From Pelomyxa schiedti (Eukaryota > Protista > Evosea): DNA of 34,090 bases. Both the position numbers and the translations under genes were made by a program. Below are positions 10,981 through 22,539 of the stretch, piece by piece. Below the pieces are notes generated by a model. The model was not told where the DNA came from. It saw nothing but the letters and a program-made list of their open reading frames with translations, and did no database searches. Location of the stretch: contig JAHLWZ010000979.1 in the NCBI GenBank assembly GCA_020536535.1, positions 1 to 34,090 on the forward strand, written 5' to 3'. Within the stretch, counting starts at the first letter, position 1, and every line of letters begins with the position of its first letter.

Positions 10981-12087
10981 ATGGATTGCGAAATACAGTG
11001 GGTAGACACACAGAGGGCACAGGACACCCTGAGGCAACTGCTTGTAGGCCAACCAGTCAACCTGTGCCTGTACTACAGGCCCACACCCACAGGCCACTTC
11101 TACGCCGGTATCACAACCGTCGTAACCCACGGAATCGCCATCAGGGTCACCAACCGAGTGGGACACTACTGTGCCGATGCTGTGTTTCACCCTGATGATC
11201 CCCACACTCACAGCCCACAGACCGAAACAAAATCGGGGACTACTACAGATACTACGCAGGGTGCTGCACCTTTGACTGAGCTGAGTGTGGTTGGTACTAC
11301 TGATGCCGATGTGGATGATGGAGGTACTGGTGTTGGTGGTAGGGGGCCGGTTGTTCGCTCTCATACAACTACTGGTAGTGGAATAGCTGCTGCTCTCAGT
11401 GATGACAATAGCCCGTGCTTTGGCATGGTCAGGGACGCGTTGGAGAGTGGTGACTATGTGAAAGCTGACTTGCTTCTCAAGAAGGCTTGCGGAATTCCCA
11501 AGACAATACTGGAGTGGTGGCAGGCTGGCCATCAGTTCTCTGTTGCAAAGATGTCAAACAAAGAAACCATGGGTGTGCCCAGTGGCTGGTATGAGAGAGT
11601 AAAAGCTGCCCAGGTGAGATTCCCGAAATTTAGTCTATAAATCTCACCAGGTAATGACCTAGGGGTGCCAATGCTTTCCATTTACATGCCACGGTGTTTG
11701 GGTGAGGTTAAATGCTGAGAATGCTGTGCGGGCTCTGGCTCTTGATCTAGAATACTCTGGAAAAACATGTAATTCTCAATCGGTAACAGAAAGGAGGGTG
11801 GCGATGTGTATTTTCAGTGTCTCTGCACTCTGGAAAGAGGTTTGGAAGAGAGATGCATTTTTGACCTAACTCTGAAACAGTTACCCACACTTGTAAAACG
11901 GGAAATCATGAGCTTCTTTCCAAGGTTACCATTGGACCATAATCTTCATAGCTGCGAGGATGTTTCCAGATATTGGCACAGACAGAACCAATCAATGCAA
12001 AGCAGATTCTTTACATACCTCGTCTATGACCAATGCCAGGAGAAGCCGTGCAGCGTGCAAATAACATTACACAAACAGAGAGAATAA
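10981..12087 (+). CDS. hypothetical protein, about 3 exons; late F-box-like segment
   Basis: 219-aa ATG ORF with a GT donor at ~11614, a short middle exon (GCQCFPFTCHGVWVRL...) and a last exon ending at 12087 that contains LTLKQLPTLVKREIMSFFP. Confidence 0.55.
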
Positions 12088-12200
12088 ATAAACCCTGATA
12101 AAGTAGAAATTGGCCAGATAGTTCCAAGTTTGCATCCCCGCATGCAGTAATACTGCCAATCATTATTGTCAATAAATGAAACGAAAAAGAAACAGATAAG

Positions 12201-13512
12201 TCAATTAGAGAGCAGCGAAGATAAAGAGCGGGACCAATTTGATTCACCGTTTCTCCAGTAACCAGTGCCTGCCATGTCATCAGCCCTTGGCCACCCTCCC
12301 ACAATCCGATTCCCACAGTCCTTCCCAAGTGTGCACACCTGTGTTTGTGTGTTCCGGGTTTTGTGAGAACTTAGAATCACGATCAGCACATACAAGGAGT
12401 CCGTTGATCCACACAGAGTGGTCACGTGAAAGTGGTCCCCCTGAAAGTTCAAAGTTGAACAGGTCTGTCACAAAAATCGTTGTTACTGGTGCGATTTCAA
12501 AAGGGTGCGTCCAAGTTCCATTCTTTTGTTTTTACGAAAAAATATGAAAATAAAATAATACAATATGAACAGGTGAGTGAATTCGGGAAAAGGAAATGTA
12601 TTATACCATGAAAACCGGGTGACCGGGTGTCAACCAAACACCAAAGACAGTGGACATTGGAATCTCCGCATTGACTGTTTTTCTTTCAACGCGGCAGACC
12701 CGTTTAATTCCGGATTCCGTCTTGACGCAATCCCCAATTTGTATATCTCGTGCAAACCTTGTTGTGTTGTGAGCAATACAATTCCGGAAGAGAGAGAACA
12801 TTGCGCACACTTCTGGGAGCCATTGGCCAGCAATACAAGGCCATCCCCAGTGAAACACTTCAGGAACTGCGATGAAGATAAGATAAGGACTCAAATGTTT
12901 CTTTTGTGAATTCACAAACCTTCGACTCCTCGCAATATGATAGAACGCCAAAGAGTGTCTCATGCAGTCTGATGGCAATGAATCTCTCTTGAGGAGTGCG
13001 TGCATACGCCCCGCTCTTCAGAAATGCAAAACACCGAAGGGTTCCAACATTACCAGCTTCTGTTACAACAATAAGAAAGAAAATGGATAGGTTGACAAAC
13101 CAACAACAGTGACAAAATCGTCCAGAGATATCCACGGTCCGCATTCATAAACAATAGAGTATGCATAAATGACTTATCAGATTGGAGGTTAGTGGATTTG
13201 GGTTGGTGCCAGTTTTGAATGCATACGGGCGTGAAGTGCGTTGTCGGATTTGTCCGCATCAGCATCAAAGTTCCCATACGCACACAGTGCAAATTTGGTT
13301 GAGGGTAGCATTTTGTTGTAATACATGTCAAAAGATCTTTCAAAGTCCGTGTGGATCGGCTCTCTATGCATTCCATCCGACTCAGGGCACTTAAATCGTC
13401 CAAATAGCATCAAGATGTGCCTCAAGACATCAATTCCAAGAACGGAAAGAGGGCTGTCCTTCCCCGCACGGGGGTGAACACCACACAGGAAAGATGCAGA
13501 CTGCTGGGACAT
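12201..13512 (-). CDS. Hint (Vint-like) domain protein with N-terminal HPRxG..SPL header motif, multi-exon
   Basis: Spliced C-terminal half: FLKCFTGDGLVLLANGSQK|FARDIQIGDCVKTESGIKRVCRVERKTVNAEIPMSTVFGVWLTPGHPVFM|NGTWTHPFEIAPVTTIFVTDLFNFELSGGPLSRDHSVWINGLL|VCTLGKDCG. This shows Cys1 (12855-12857), block-B TxxH and a Vint-type VCTLG end. The 5' end may extend into the upstream ORF. Confidence 0.82.
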
Positions 13513-13548
13513 GAAATTGCATGATCCTAGTGCTAGATTATTATGCGA

Positions 13549-14304
13549 TTATACGGGGTGGTTATTGGATGAGGGAATGTGAATGTAATAGCTGTACCTC
13601 TGGGTTGCCGGAACAGCAGGCCTCTTCATGCAGAACCCCTTCATCACACCCTCGAGCTTCTCCCTCTGCTTCCCATCATTAATTACATCATCGTCGGCGG
13701 CGATTGCCGGCAGTTCCTCCTCCGGGATGTCCTGCATTAACTGGCCCATTCTGCCGGAGTAAATTCGGTTGTTTCCGCGCGTCGAGGGCGCGTACCAAGA
13801 CGACCAGTAGTGTCCCGTAAGTGCGCGGTAGTCGCTGTTCTTGTCGGTCCTCATCTTCTCCAGATACACCCTCATGCTTCTAGGGTTGGGCATCATCGTC
13901 GCCGCAGTCACTCTCTTTGTTGTTCTATTTGCGGTGGTGGTGTCACGTGTGACGGCGTCATCACCCTGCTCGATTATACCCTCGATGATACGGCTACTTT
14001 CGTCCCATAACTTTATCTTTGTTTCCCACGACGTGTCGGAGCCGTGCTGCACAGCAGAGAAGATTGGGCGCTGCGATGGCCAGCGTAAGTCGTCCACGTC
14101 CACGTCCACGTCCGCGCCATTGGGATCCACCTGCAATTGTGTAGATCCGCCCAGCCCCATTCCCAAAATTGATTGTTGACATTCTCGGAACAGCAATTTC
14201 CTCTGGAGACAGAGCTCCAGAAGAGCTAAGAGAGCCTCCTTGGCACAACGCCGCAAGTTGTCCTCCGTCTTCCCTTTTCTGAAGAAGGAGGAAAATTCCT
14301 TCAA
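13549..14304 (-). CDS. hypothetical protein (start uncertain; possibly an upstream exon of the Hint gene)
   Basis: 251-codon open frame with protein-like composition. The ORF-track start is TTG, and the first in-frame ATG is at MGLGG. The stop lies only 36 nt from the next ATG. Confidence 0.5.
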   Translation of the reverse strand: MKEFSSFFRKGKTEDNLRRCAKEALLALLELCLQRKLLFRECQQSILGMGLGGSTQLQVDPNGADVDVDVDDLRWPSQRPIFSAVQHGSDTSWETKIKLWDESSRIIEGIIEQGDDAVTRDTTTANRTTKRVTAATMMPNPRSMRVYLEKMRTDKNSDYRALTGHYWSSWYAPSTRGNNRIYSGRMGQLMQDIPEEELPAIAADDDVINDGKQREKLEGVMKGFCMKRPAVPATQRYSYYIHIPSSNNHPV

Positions 14305-14327
14305 AGTTTCTCGATGCCCGAACGAAA

Positions 14328-17300
14328 ATGAACGGCGACGACGCTGGGGGAAAGCCCCCGGACCCGATAAGATGCTATGTGATTGGAGATAACAAACACA
14401 AAGAGACTCTTTTCAAGTTCCTCGCACGAACGTGTGGCTACAGAGCAACCGAACTCTTCACTTATTTTAGAGACATAACTGTCACATGGACACGGACCGC
14501 GGGGGTTGGTGATGGTGATGGCGATTGCGCCGGGGACACAACGCCGACCCCATGGGGTACCGCCGAAGACCACAATATTCAGGCGTGCTCCAAACTTACA
14601 TTATGGGAGACCACGACGCAAGACAAAGCAAAAAGAAAAGGAGGAACGAAATTGGCTGGGTATATTTTCCACCGCAAGAGTAGCCGGCTTGATGAAATCT
14701 ACTCGATTGATTACTCTGAGTACTCTCCACTTTCCTTTTTTGTGTGCTTGTTTGTGTTTTGGGTGCTGGTGCTTTCGTTTTACTGTTTCTAATGTACGGT
14801 ATACATACAATAGGTCCTGCAAAAGAGTGGTGCTGGTGTTATACACTGTTGAGGATCCAGCTCCGCGTGATATACTGTCCAAGATGCTGGGAAGGGAAGT
14901 TGTTGAAGTTGTCCCTGTTGTCATGATCAACCTCAGTGCTGAGGAAGAGGTAGCCGGAGAGAAGTTACTTCACACACTCACGGCTATTGAGATCGCTTTT
15001 GTGGTATGTGAGAACTTTTTATCTGGTCTTTTTCCTAAGCAATCTTTCCAGTTTTCTGCATTCAAGATAGTGAAGTGGACACCATCAAATAGTGGGTCAA
15101 GTTTAGGCTCTCTACTGTCACTGATATCAGAAGCCTCAAAACAAACACTCTCACTGCGCAAATATCCACCAGAAATGCAAGAAGATGTAATTCAGACTAC
15201 CAAACCAACAGACCTGCAACCGATGAGTTCACCAGTGATGATGAACATCAATTCCGCCACTGTCACAGAAGCTCACATGATCATGAATTTAGTGCACAAG
15301 TATCACAGAGACTTCCCAACACTCACCGCAGGAATGGCACTGAGGACGTGGCTTATAGCAAAGAACTGGGCTGCTGTTGGTGTTGTGTGCCGTGCTCACT
15401 CCCTCACCCAGTTTGAAGATATTGACCTTTCCAACTTGCCATTGGACTCAATTCCAGAAGAGTTGAGGGGATTGTCATTCAGGACACTGAACCTGTCACA
15501 CAACAAGATAACCAAGATTCCTGAATGGCTGGCTGAAATGCCAAATGTGATCTGGGGGAAAGGTCCAGAGAGTATGATTCTCCATGAAGTGGAGCAAAGG
15601 AGAAATTGCGTGAAGATAGAAACACACAAACTTGTGTTTGTTGGTGACGCTGGTGCTGGGAAAACAACACTGCTGAAGTGCATGATGAAGAGCAAGAACA
15701 AATTACTCTTCATAAGGCACGTTCCCACAGGCCTTGCTGTGTATAACAATGTGAGCTTCAGTGGCAACGCCAGGAGTTGGACTGTGTGGGACCTTGGTGT
15801 GTGGACACTCCTTTTTACTCAATAAACTCACAGAATATCACAGGAGGGGAATCTCTGGAACCATTTCACCCATGGTTCCTCCTCAGTCGGTCAATATTCA
15901 TCCTTGTATTTGAGGTTCGTGACACTAGGCATCTATCTGAAAGTTTTAAGAACCCTCGGCTGTATTATTGGTTGAATGAACTCTCAGTTGCAAGAAGCAG
16001 GGGTGACAAAAAAAGGAGAACCATCATCCCTGTTGGAACTCACATGGAGGGTGTCCCTGTTGTTGGGCCAACAGTTCAGGGCCCATTTAGTGCACTCTCT
16101 TCTCATCTGGAGCCAATCTTCAAGTATGAAAACATTCCAGTGGTCTTCCTGTTGCAACTCAGTGATGGACAAGGGTGGAAGTGCAAAGGCCCGCCAATTA
16201 GGACACGGCATAGTTCCAAAGGTGTGGAGATGCTTTTGTCTCACCTGGAAAGTGATTTGCCTAGCTACTCTGTTCCCCAAAGTTGGGTTGTTCTGAACAA
16301 GGAACTCACAAAATCAAGAGAGAAAGGGGGGATTTCCACACTTTCCTGGACACAGTTTGTCCAACTGGCCTGGAAGTGTGGTGTGGCAACAGGAACAACA
16401 CTGAAAACAGAGGAGTGTGCACACTTCTTGGCTGAAATTGGCACCATCATCCACTTCAGGTATCCCTTCTATTTGCAGTCACCCAACCACCCTGGTGCTG
16501 CCGCAACTCCAGGCCTTGCCGAGTTGGTCATTGTGGATCCTCATTCCTTTTTGGTTCGTCTCCTTGCCAACATATGTTCGCTTTCCCAGCCAAACATAGC
16601 AACCCCGAAGTTTGTGTTCAGCTCTGAAACGGGTCCAGCTCTGGAAACGATCCTGTGTGACTTTGGAATCATCATTGGAAGTCCCCTCTGTTCAGTACAT
16701 CTTTCCCCCTTCGACTCTCCACATTCTGCCGAAGAGGACAAGTACTTTCGCGCATTCTGGCAGACTCCAAATGATAGAGCCTACATCACTCAACACCTGA
16801 ATGCGAGAGTGATCTTTTTCGAAATATTTCAGCATGAACTATTCATCAAGGTAATTTCAAGTGTTCCAAATTACGCTGGAGAGGGAACCTGGAACCTACA
16901 GTTCTGGTCAAGGGATGTTGCCTTCTTTTCAAACCCTGGCCTTGGTGCACTTTTCATTACATGCAAAGGCGAAAGACTTACAATTTGCCTGCGATCAACA
17001 GGCAAGGGCGTCCGGTGTACACAATTCCAACAGAATGTGTGGACCGCCATTATGAGCACTATTCACCGCCTCATTCAACTGAGGTATTGTCGATTTGAGG
17101 AAACTGAGTCACCATTGTTTCCGTTGGTGGTTAACTACGGGATGGAATCGTACCCTTGCCCTCATTGCTTACTCAAAGGTCTGACTTCGCAGACCTGGCT
17201 CAACCCTTCCAGGTCAAATGTCCTGCCACCAACTCGGCAGTCGTGGTACAGAAATCTCATCTCTGATGCTGTGAAAAATGGAAAACACGTATTTACCTGT

Positions 17301-18391
17301 GAAGGAAATTGCGAGGTCCAACTGAATGCAATGGCACCTGATCTTATTAAGGAATTGGAGACCCTGAACAATCGTTCAGGGACAGAACTGGCTGCCACAG
17401 TAATCCCCGCACAATTCAGCGAAATCCTTGGACAAGGACTCCCACAACACATTACTTTGGAGCACTTACTCACTAGACTCCTTGAAAAAGGGAATGGAAC
17501 TACCTCTGTTCTTGACCAAGTGATTCCAAGCAGGTTAAGGTGTAAGATACTCAGGGATGTAGCCCAGGGACTTGGCGGGATAAACGGCCTTGGCCTTCAC
17601 ACCCGAGACCCAGCCGTTGTTCACGGCAGAATTTCTTCCAGTATGTTGTTTTGCAATTCTTTTCTTTGACTCACAATAACAGGTTGCATCCTTGTTCTGT
17701 CTCTGGATGATTCTGGAACTGGCCCCTGGGCAAAGGTTACTCTAACCCACTCTTTTCTCTCACCAAAACGGCTCTACAGATCATGGACTCTGACCGATCG
17801 TGCACAGTCCTCTCTGACCAGACAAGAATTCCTGAATCACCTTTTTCACTGGCCGACCTGAAATTCGTTGCACCGGAAGTTATTTCACACTTGTTCTTTG
17901 ACACGAAGGCCGATGTTTGGAGCTTTGGTATTACGCACCCCAAAATTTTCATCCGCACTTATGAACTCACTATTTTGAATATATTACTCTCCGGGGGGCT
18001 TCCTCTTCCAGGAATGACTTGCTCACTGACAATGGACCCGCTCAATCAACCATTCACACACATCACATCCAACCGCAAATATATGTGCACCGACTACACC
18101 AGCCCCACCACAACCAGCAGCACCGCATCCCACAATCGCAACAAATACCGGCTCGGCCTGAACCCGCTTATTGTGAGCAGGCACCTTCTCAGAGGTGACA
18201 TCACCCCGTTCCCTCCGTCGCCACCTTCACCATCGTTGGACGGTGGTGGAACCCACAATGTGGATGTTCTCCGCCGCCTCGTGATGCAGGTCGCGTCCCT
18301 TTGTTTGTGCCCCAACCCGAAGTCAAGACCCCCAATGGCCAACATTGTCAAAATCTGGGACTACTTCCAACCCCCAAATGACGGTCTGTAA
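14328..18391 (+). CDS. Roco-family protein: degenerate N-terminal GTPase-like region, LRR, Roc GTPase, COR, C-terminal pseudokinase; about 5 introns
   Basis: LRRs (IDLSNLPLDSIPEEL; LNLSHNKITKIPEWL), Roc P-loop KLVFVGDAGAGKTTL (G at 15643), VWDLG|GGESLEPFHPWFL, IIPVGTHME, COR features (HFLAEIGTIIHF, LVIVDP, CPHC), and kinase C-lobe motifs KILRDVAQGL, FVAPEV, KADVWSFG, RPPMANI. Confidence 0.9.
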
Positions 18392-18614
18392 AACCACAGG
18401 TACCATCATCCAAAATTCTGCTAAAAACGGGAGTACAAAGGGTGCTTCCAAGCCGGGTTTGTTGTAGTTGTTGAAGTCGTCGTGGGAGAGTTGAGGAAGC
18501 AGAGGAGGATTGACTGTTGAGAAGAGATTGCCGTGATTCGGTCCCTTGTTCTGAACATAAAAAGTGTTTTTCGGTATGGTTGTGTACAAGTTTTTAAATA
18601 GACTGGCATTCTGG

Positions 18615-21600
18615 TCACCTCCTCCTTGTGCAGAGGGAGTTGAACAGTGAGAGTGTGAGGTTTACATCCAGTGTTACATGGTTGTACTCGTACTTGTCGA
18701 TGCGTTTGTCCTTCTTGTCCAGTAAGTCCGCAATGTGAACCTCCAGTTTGTCCGATGCCTCAGGAAGGCGCACTTCCACCTCGAAAATGCCCGGTTCGGG
18801 TGAGGTTATGAATATCTTTGTGCTCTTGTGCCTGTGAGTGTGGTTATTTTGAATGTCCGGAACGGCGGGAGTACAAACTCGGTCTTTGGTATTTCGGAGT
18901 CCACAATGACACCTTTCTTCACCAGAGCCAGGTAGTTGTACTGTGTAAAAGCCGGTGAGTGTATGGTAATTATTCGGGGTTTTCAAACCTTGAATGGGCC
19001 AAGGAGGGTGGTGGTGGAGCGGCCTGATTGCTGTGTGTAGTAGTTTGCCAGGCAGGACTCTACATATTGCCGATATCTGTGGATGATAAGAAACAGAATG
19101 GAGGAGGCTTTATGTCCACCTGTCAATCTGCTCAGCCATGTACTTTTGTTGCGCGACCACTCTGTCAATTGATGTTCTAAGCCTCGAAAGTTCTTTTGCT
19201 TCCTTGTCCCTCATGCGCTCCCAGTTTGAAGCATCAGTAGCAATGGCTTTGAGAAGTTCTTGGAAGCCATCACCCTACGAATATGTCAGCAGGGAGCAAA
19301 AGTAATTGCGAGGTACCTTGTTCACTTTTCCAAGGGTCTCAAGTGCATCCAGATTCTTGTATATTTCAGTTATTTGAACCTGTAGTGCAGGGTTTCCTGA
19401 TTGAAAAGCCTCCTACAAAAGCGTTAGGAATGACTTTCCCCTGAGGAGAGGTACTGTTAGAATTCCTTTCAAAGTGGCTTCACAGGTAGCAGAAGGATGT
19501 GTCTGGCGGAAAATTTTCAGGATTTTGGATTTGGTACTTAGATACAACTGCTGTGTATCAACCCTTCCTGTGTCCGCGGGGAGGAATTTGTTGGCGAGGA
19601 CAAGCGAAATATCGTGGGTGTCATCATCATATGTCTCTGATGGTCCCAAATCATTTAGGAGTTCAATGAGGGGATCATCAGGTTTGAGGATCACAGTCTG
19701 TAAATTGTCCTGCCAAGGATTGAGAAACCAAAAACCTCAAAGCAACCTTACCTGCAATAGCATGTGCATGTTGGATAATTCACTGGGCTTAACCAAAATT
19801 GTCGGCTTCACTAATTGTATTAGTTCGTTGTACTGATCAACTTCGAGGTGTTGTTGAGGGTTGTCCACTAACAAAACTTGCTGAAGGTAGTTTCGTGATG
19901 TTGGTGCGTAGGTTGCAAGCCAAGGATTTAATGCTGCTAACCATTTCTCTGTGGTGCTGTTGAAGGGGGTGATGTTGAGAAGGTTGTAGATAACCTTCGA
20001 TATCTGAAAAGGAGGTTACTTAATTTTCAGTTTTCTTCAGGATACCTGCAGTAAGCTGAAGACTGCACTTGGTTTAACTGGATTGTCAGTTATTTTGAAA
20101 GTCTCAGGGGTAACAATGCCCAAATTGACAAAGCGGAAATAAACAAAATGTACAGTGAGGCGATTAATATCGTCAGCGGGAGCTGTTGGAAAGGCTTCCT
20201 ATAACACTATAAGTAATCAATACTTATAAAATTGCGGACTTACAATTGCTGCATCATGAATTTTCTTACAAATCCACCTCAAGCCATAGGGAAGATTGTT
20301 AATAGAATTGATGATTGCCTCATAGAGCATCAAAGAAATTTTTTTCAAATTTTCAGTGTCTATTCAGTATTAACAAGACCACGTCACAGTAACAGATGTA
20401 CTCTTTTTTAGTTCTGCGACCACTTCCGGCATGGCTAAACATTCCTCGTCGGTAATGTTAACGTTTATTGGTCTGCCACCACCAATTTCTTGCTCAGTTA
20501 CCATCGTTTCATAAATCTTAAAGGATTAGAAGTCTTGTTTCGGTCTCCTTATAACATACAGCTCTGGCACTTATATCTACACTGAAAGGCTCATTGAGAA
20601 ATTGTTTTATGATAGGTCCCAATGTAGCTTGCAAGTACTCAATACCTTGCTTTCGCCTTGAAATTTATAAGAGAAGAGTTATTTTCGCAGAGAGCACACT
20701 TGTTGTAGGTGAGAACCTTAAGAATGTTAATCAATGTGATTCCAAAGGATTCTTACTGTACCATTTCAGGAAGGAAACCCGTTTTAACAAAGTCCATGAC
20801 TCGTTTTGCTTGAGACATGATCTTGCATATGGCAGCCTGCAATTGTTTAGTGCTACGGAAAAATGATGAAAGGGGTACATCAAAAAATTGAAGGAGTAAC
20901 GACTCCTCCCTAGGAGCAAATGCGTCGCCGTAAAGAGTGAGGATGATCGTTTCCAAAACTGGCTTGACTTCATCAGGTTCCTTGTTTCCTTTTTTAGTGA
21001 AGGCGACGGGGGAAATGAGAAGGAAAATTGAGTACCTCGAGGTTGTCCAGCAATCTGGCAAGATAGGATGGCTCCGTTTGTAGCAGGTAGAATAAATGGG
21101 AGTAACCCTACATCAATTTTGAGAAAGGTGTCTACTTCCATCAGCCTTACTTGCAGTTTTTGTGGAGACAGTGTTAGTCTCTTGGCTGTTGGCTCGGGTC
21201 TCCTCTTTCTTTCTTTTTTTAACGTGTAGGCTGTGGCTTGATTGAAATTCTTGAAAGCAGTGAGAATTTGAAGTCGTCGTGAAAATAAACCGTTATTAGA
21301 AGAGCTATGCGCTTGTCAAGTAACTGCAAGTCAATTTCCAACTCTCTGGCTTTTCGTATCTCAGTCAACAGATTGCCCTTCAATTGCGTTATAGCTTCAA
21401 CAAAGTCGATTTCTTCTCCATTGTTGCCAGAGAGTGACTGGGCAAGTTTTACAAGATCAAGGGGATTTATGTCACCCTGAAGCTGAAATTTTCCCCTTAG
21501 AATGAAAATAGGGGCTGCTGATTATCATACAAGTTGCCGGGCCATCTCAGCCACAGATGCTGGCGAGGTTTTTCCTCTTGGTGAAGTCTGATGTGATGCA

Positions 21601-21796
21601 GGTGGGGAATCTACATCCGCGCTAGATGACTGGAAAGAACAATGAGTAAGGAACCGTCGTCGAAGTAAAACAAGTAAAATCACAAAAACCAAACAACCTT
21701 TCTTGAGGTTGATGTCGTCCCCTTGCCGCTGTGTCTATGATGTCGGTGGGACGACGATGTACTACTTGTAGACGTAGTTTGCGATGTACCGCTCAT
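18615..21796 (-). CDS. IQGAP-related RasGAP-domain protein (RasGAP + RasGAP_C; Dictyostelium DGAP1/GAPA-like), many introns
   Basis: Exons include LETIILTLYGDAFAPREESLLLQFF, LPYGLRWICKKI, FVYFRFVNLGIVTPE, DDPLIELLNDLG and the C-terminal PGIFEV...IADLLDKKDKRIDKYEYNHVTLDVNLTLSLFN typical of IQGAP C-termini. Start MSGTSQ (ATG 21796). Confidence 0.85.
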
Positions 21797-22183
21797 TCCC
21801 GCGATTGATTTATTTTGTGCAAATAATAATGTACGGATCTGGAGGACGGTGTTAAACAGATTAATATTATTACACGCCACCACGACAACCAACCAACACA
21901 CGCACGTTTATTATGCCGTAAACACGACCCCCGTGCAGCACCCACAAGATTGGTTTTTTTTTTTTGTTTTTTCCTTTTCTTGGATTGTTGCTTTTCATCA
22001 GAAACACAAGTCCCGGTGCCGTTTCCTTCTTTGTACAATACCACCGGAAATCAACTGGGCACACCCCTCATGCTGACCCCACCACTCCCTGAAAACTACA
22101 AGTCGAGTCCCTCCAATGTGATTCCTTGATGTGAATGGGTAGCCACAGAAGTAGTTTCTGGGTTGATCGTTTTCCTCGAAGGC

Positions 22184-22501
22184 ATGGTCTTTCGCCGCAG
22201 AACCGAAACACTTTTGATGGGGGACGACGGCGAAGGGACACAACAACACACAGCCACGCCACCCACAATTGCAACGTCGTGTATTGACAACCGCACCCAC
22301 GACGAGCCTAAACCCACACGACGCCGCCACCCTTCATCGCCCCTGCCACCGGTTCCGGCACCACCCAGCACAACATCACCAACATCAACACCGAGTACCG
22401 ATAATTGTAATGTTAGTAACAACAGCGGATCTGCCAACACACCCGATGATCCCATAATAGCCCCGCACCATCGACGCCACGACAACGACAACCCCGGCAA
22501 T

Positions 22502-22539
<38 letters not shown>

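Noticed and set aside
12201-12860. Mobile intein
   Set aside because: No C-terminal His-Asn, no homing endonuclease, no conserved host extein, and the domain contains spliceosomal introns; it fits a resident Vint-like Hint.
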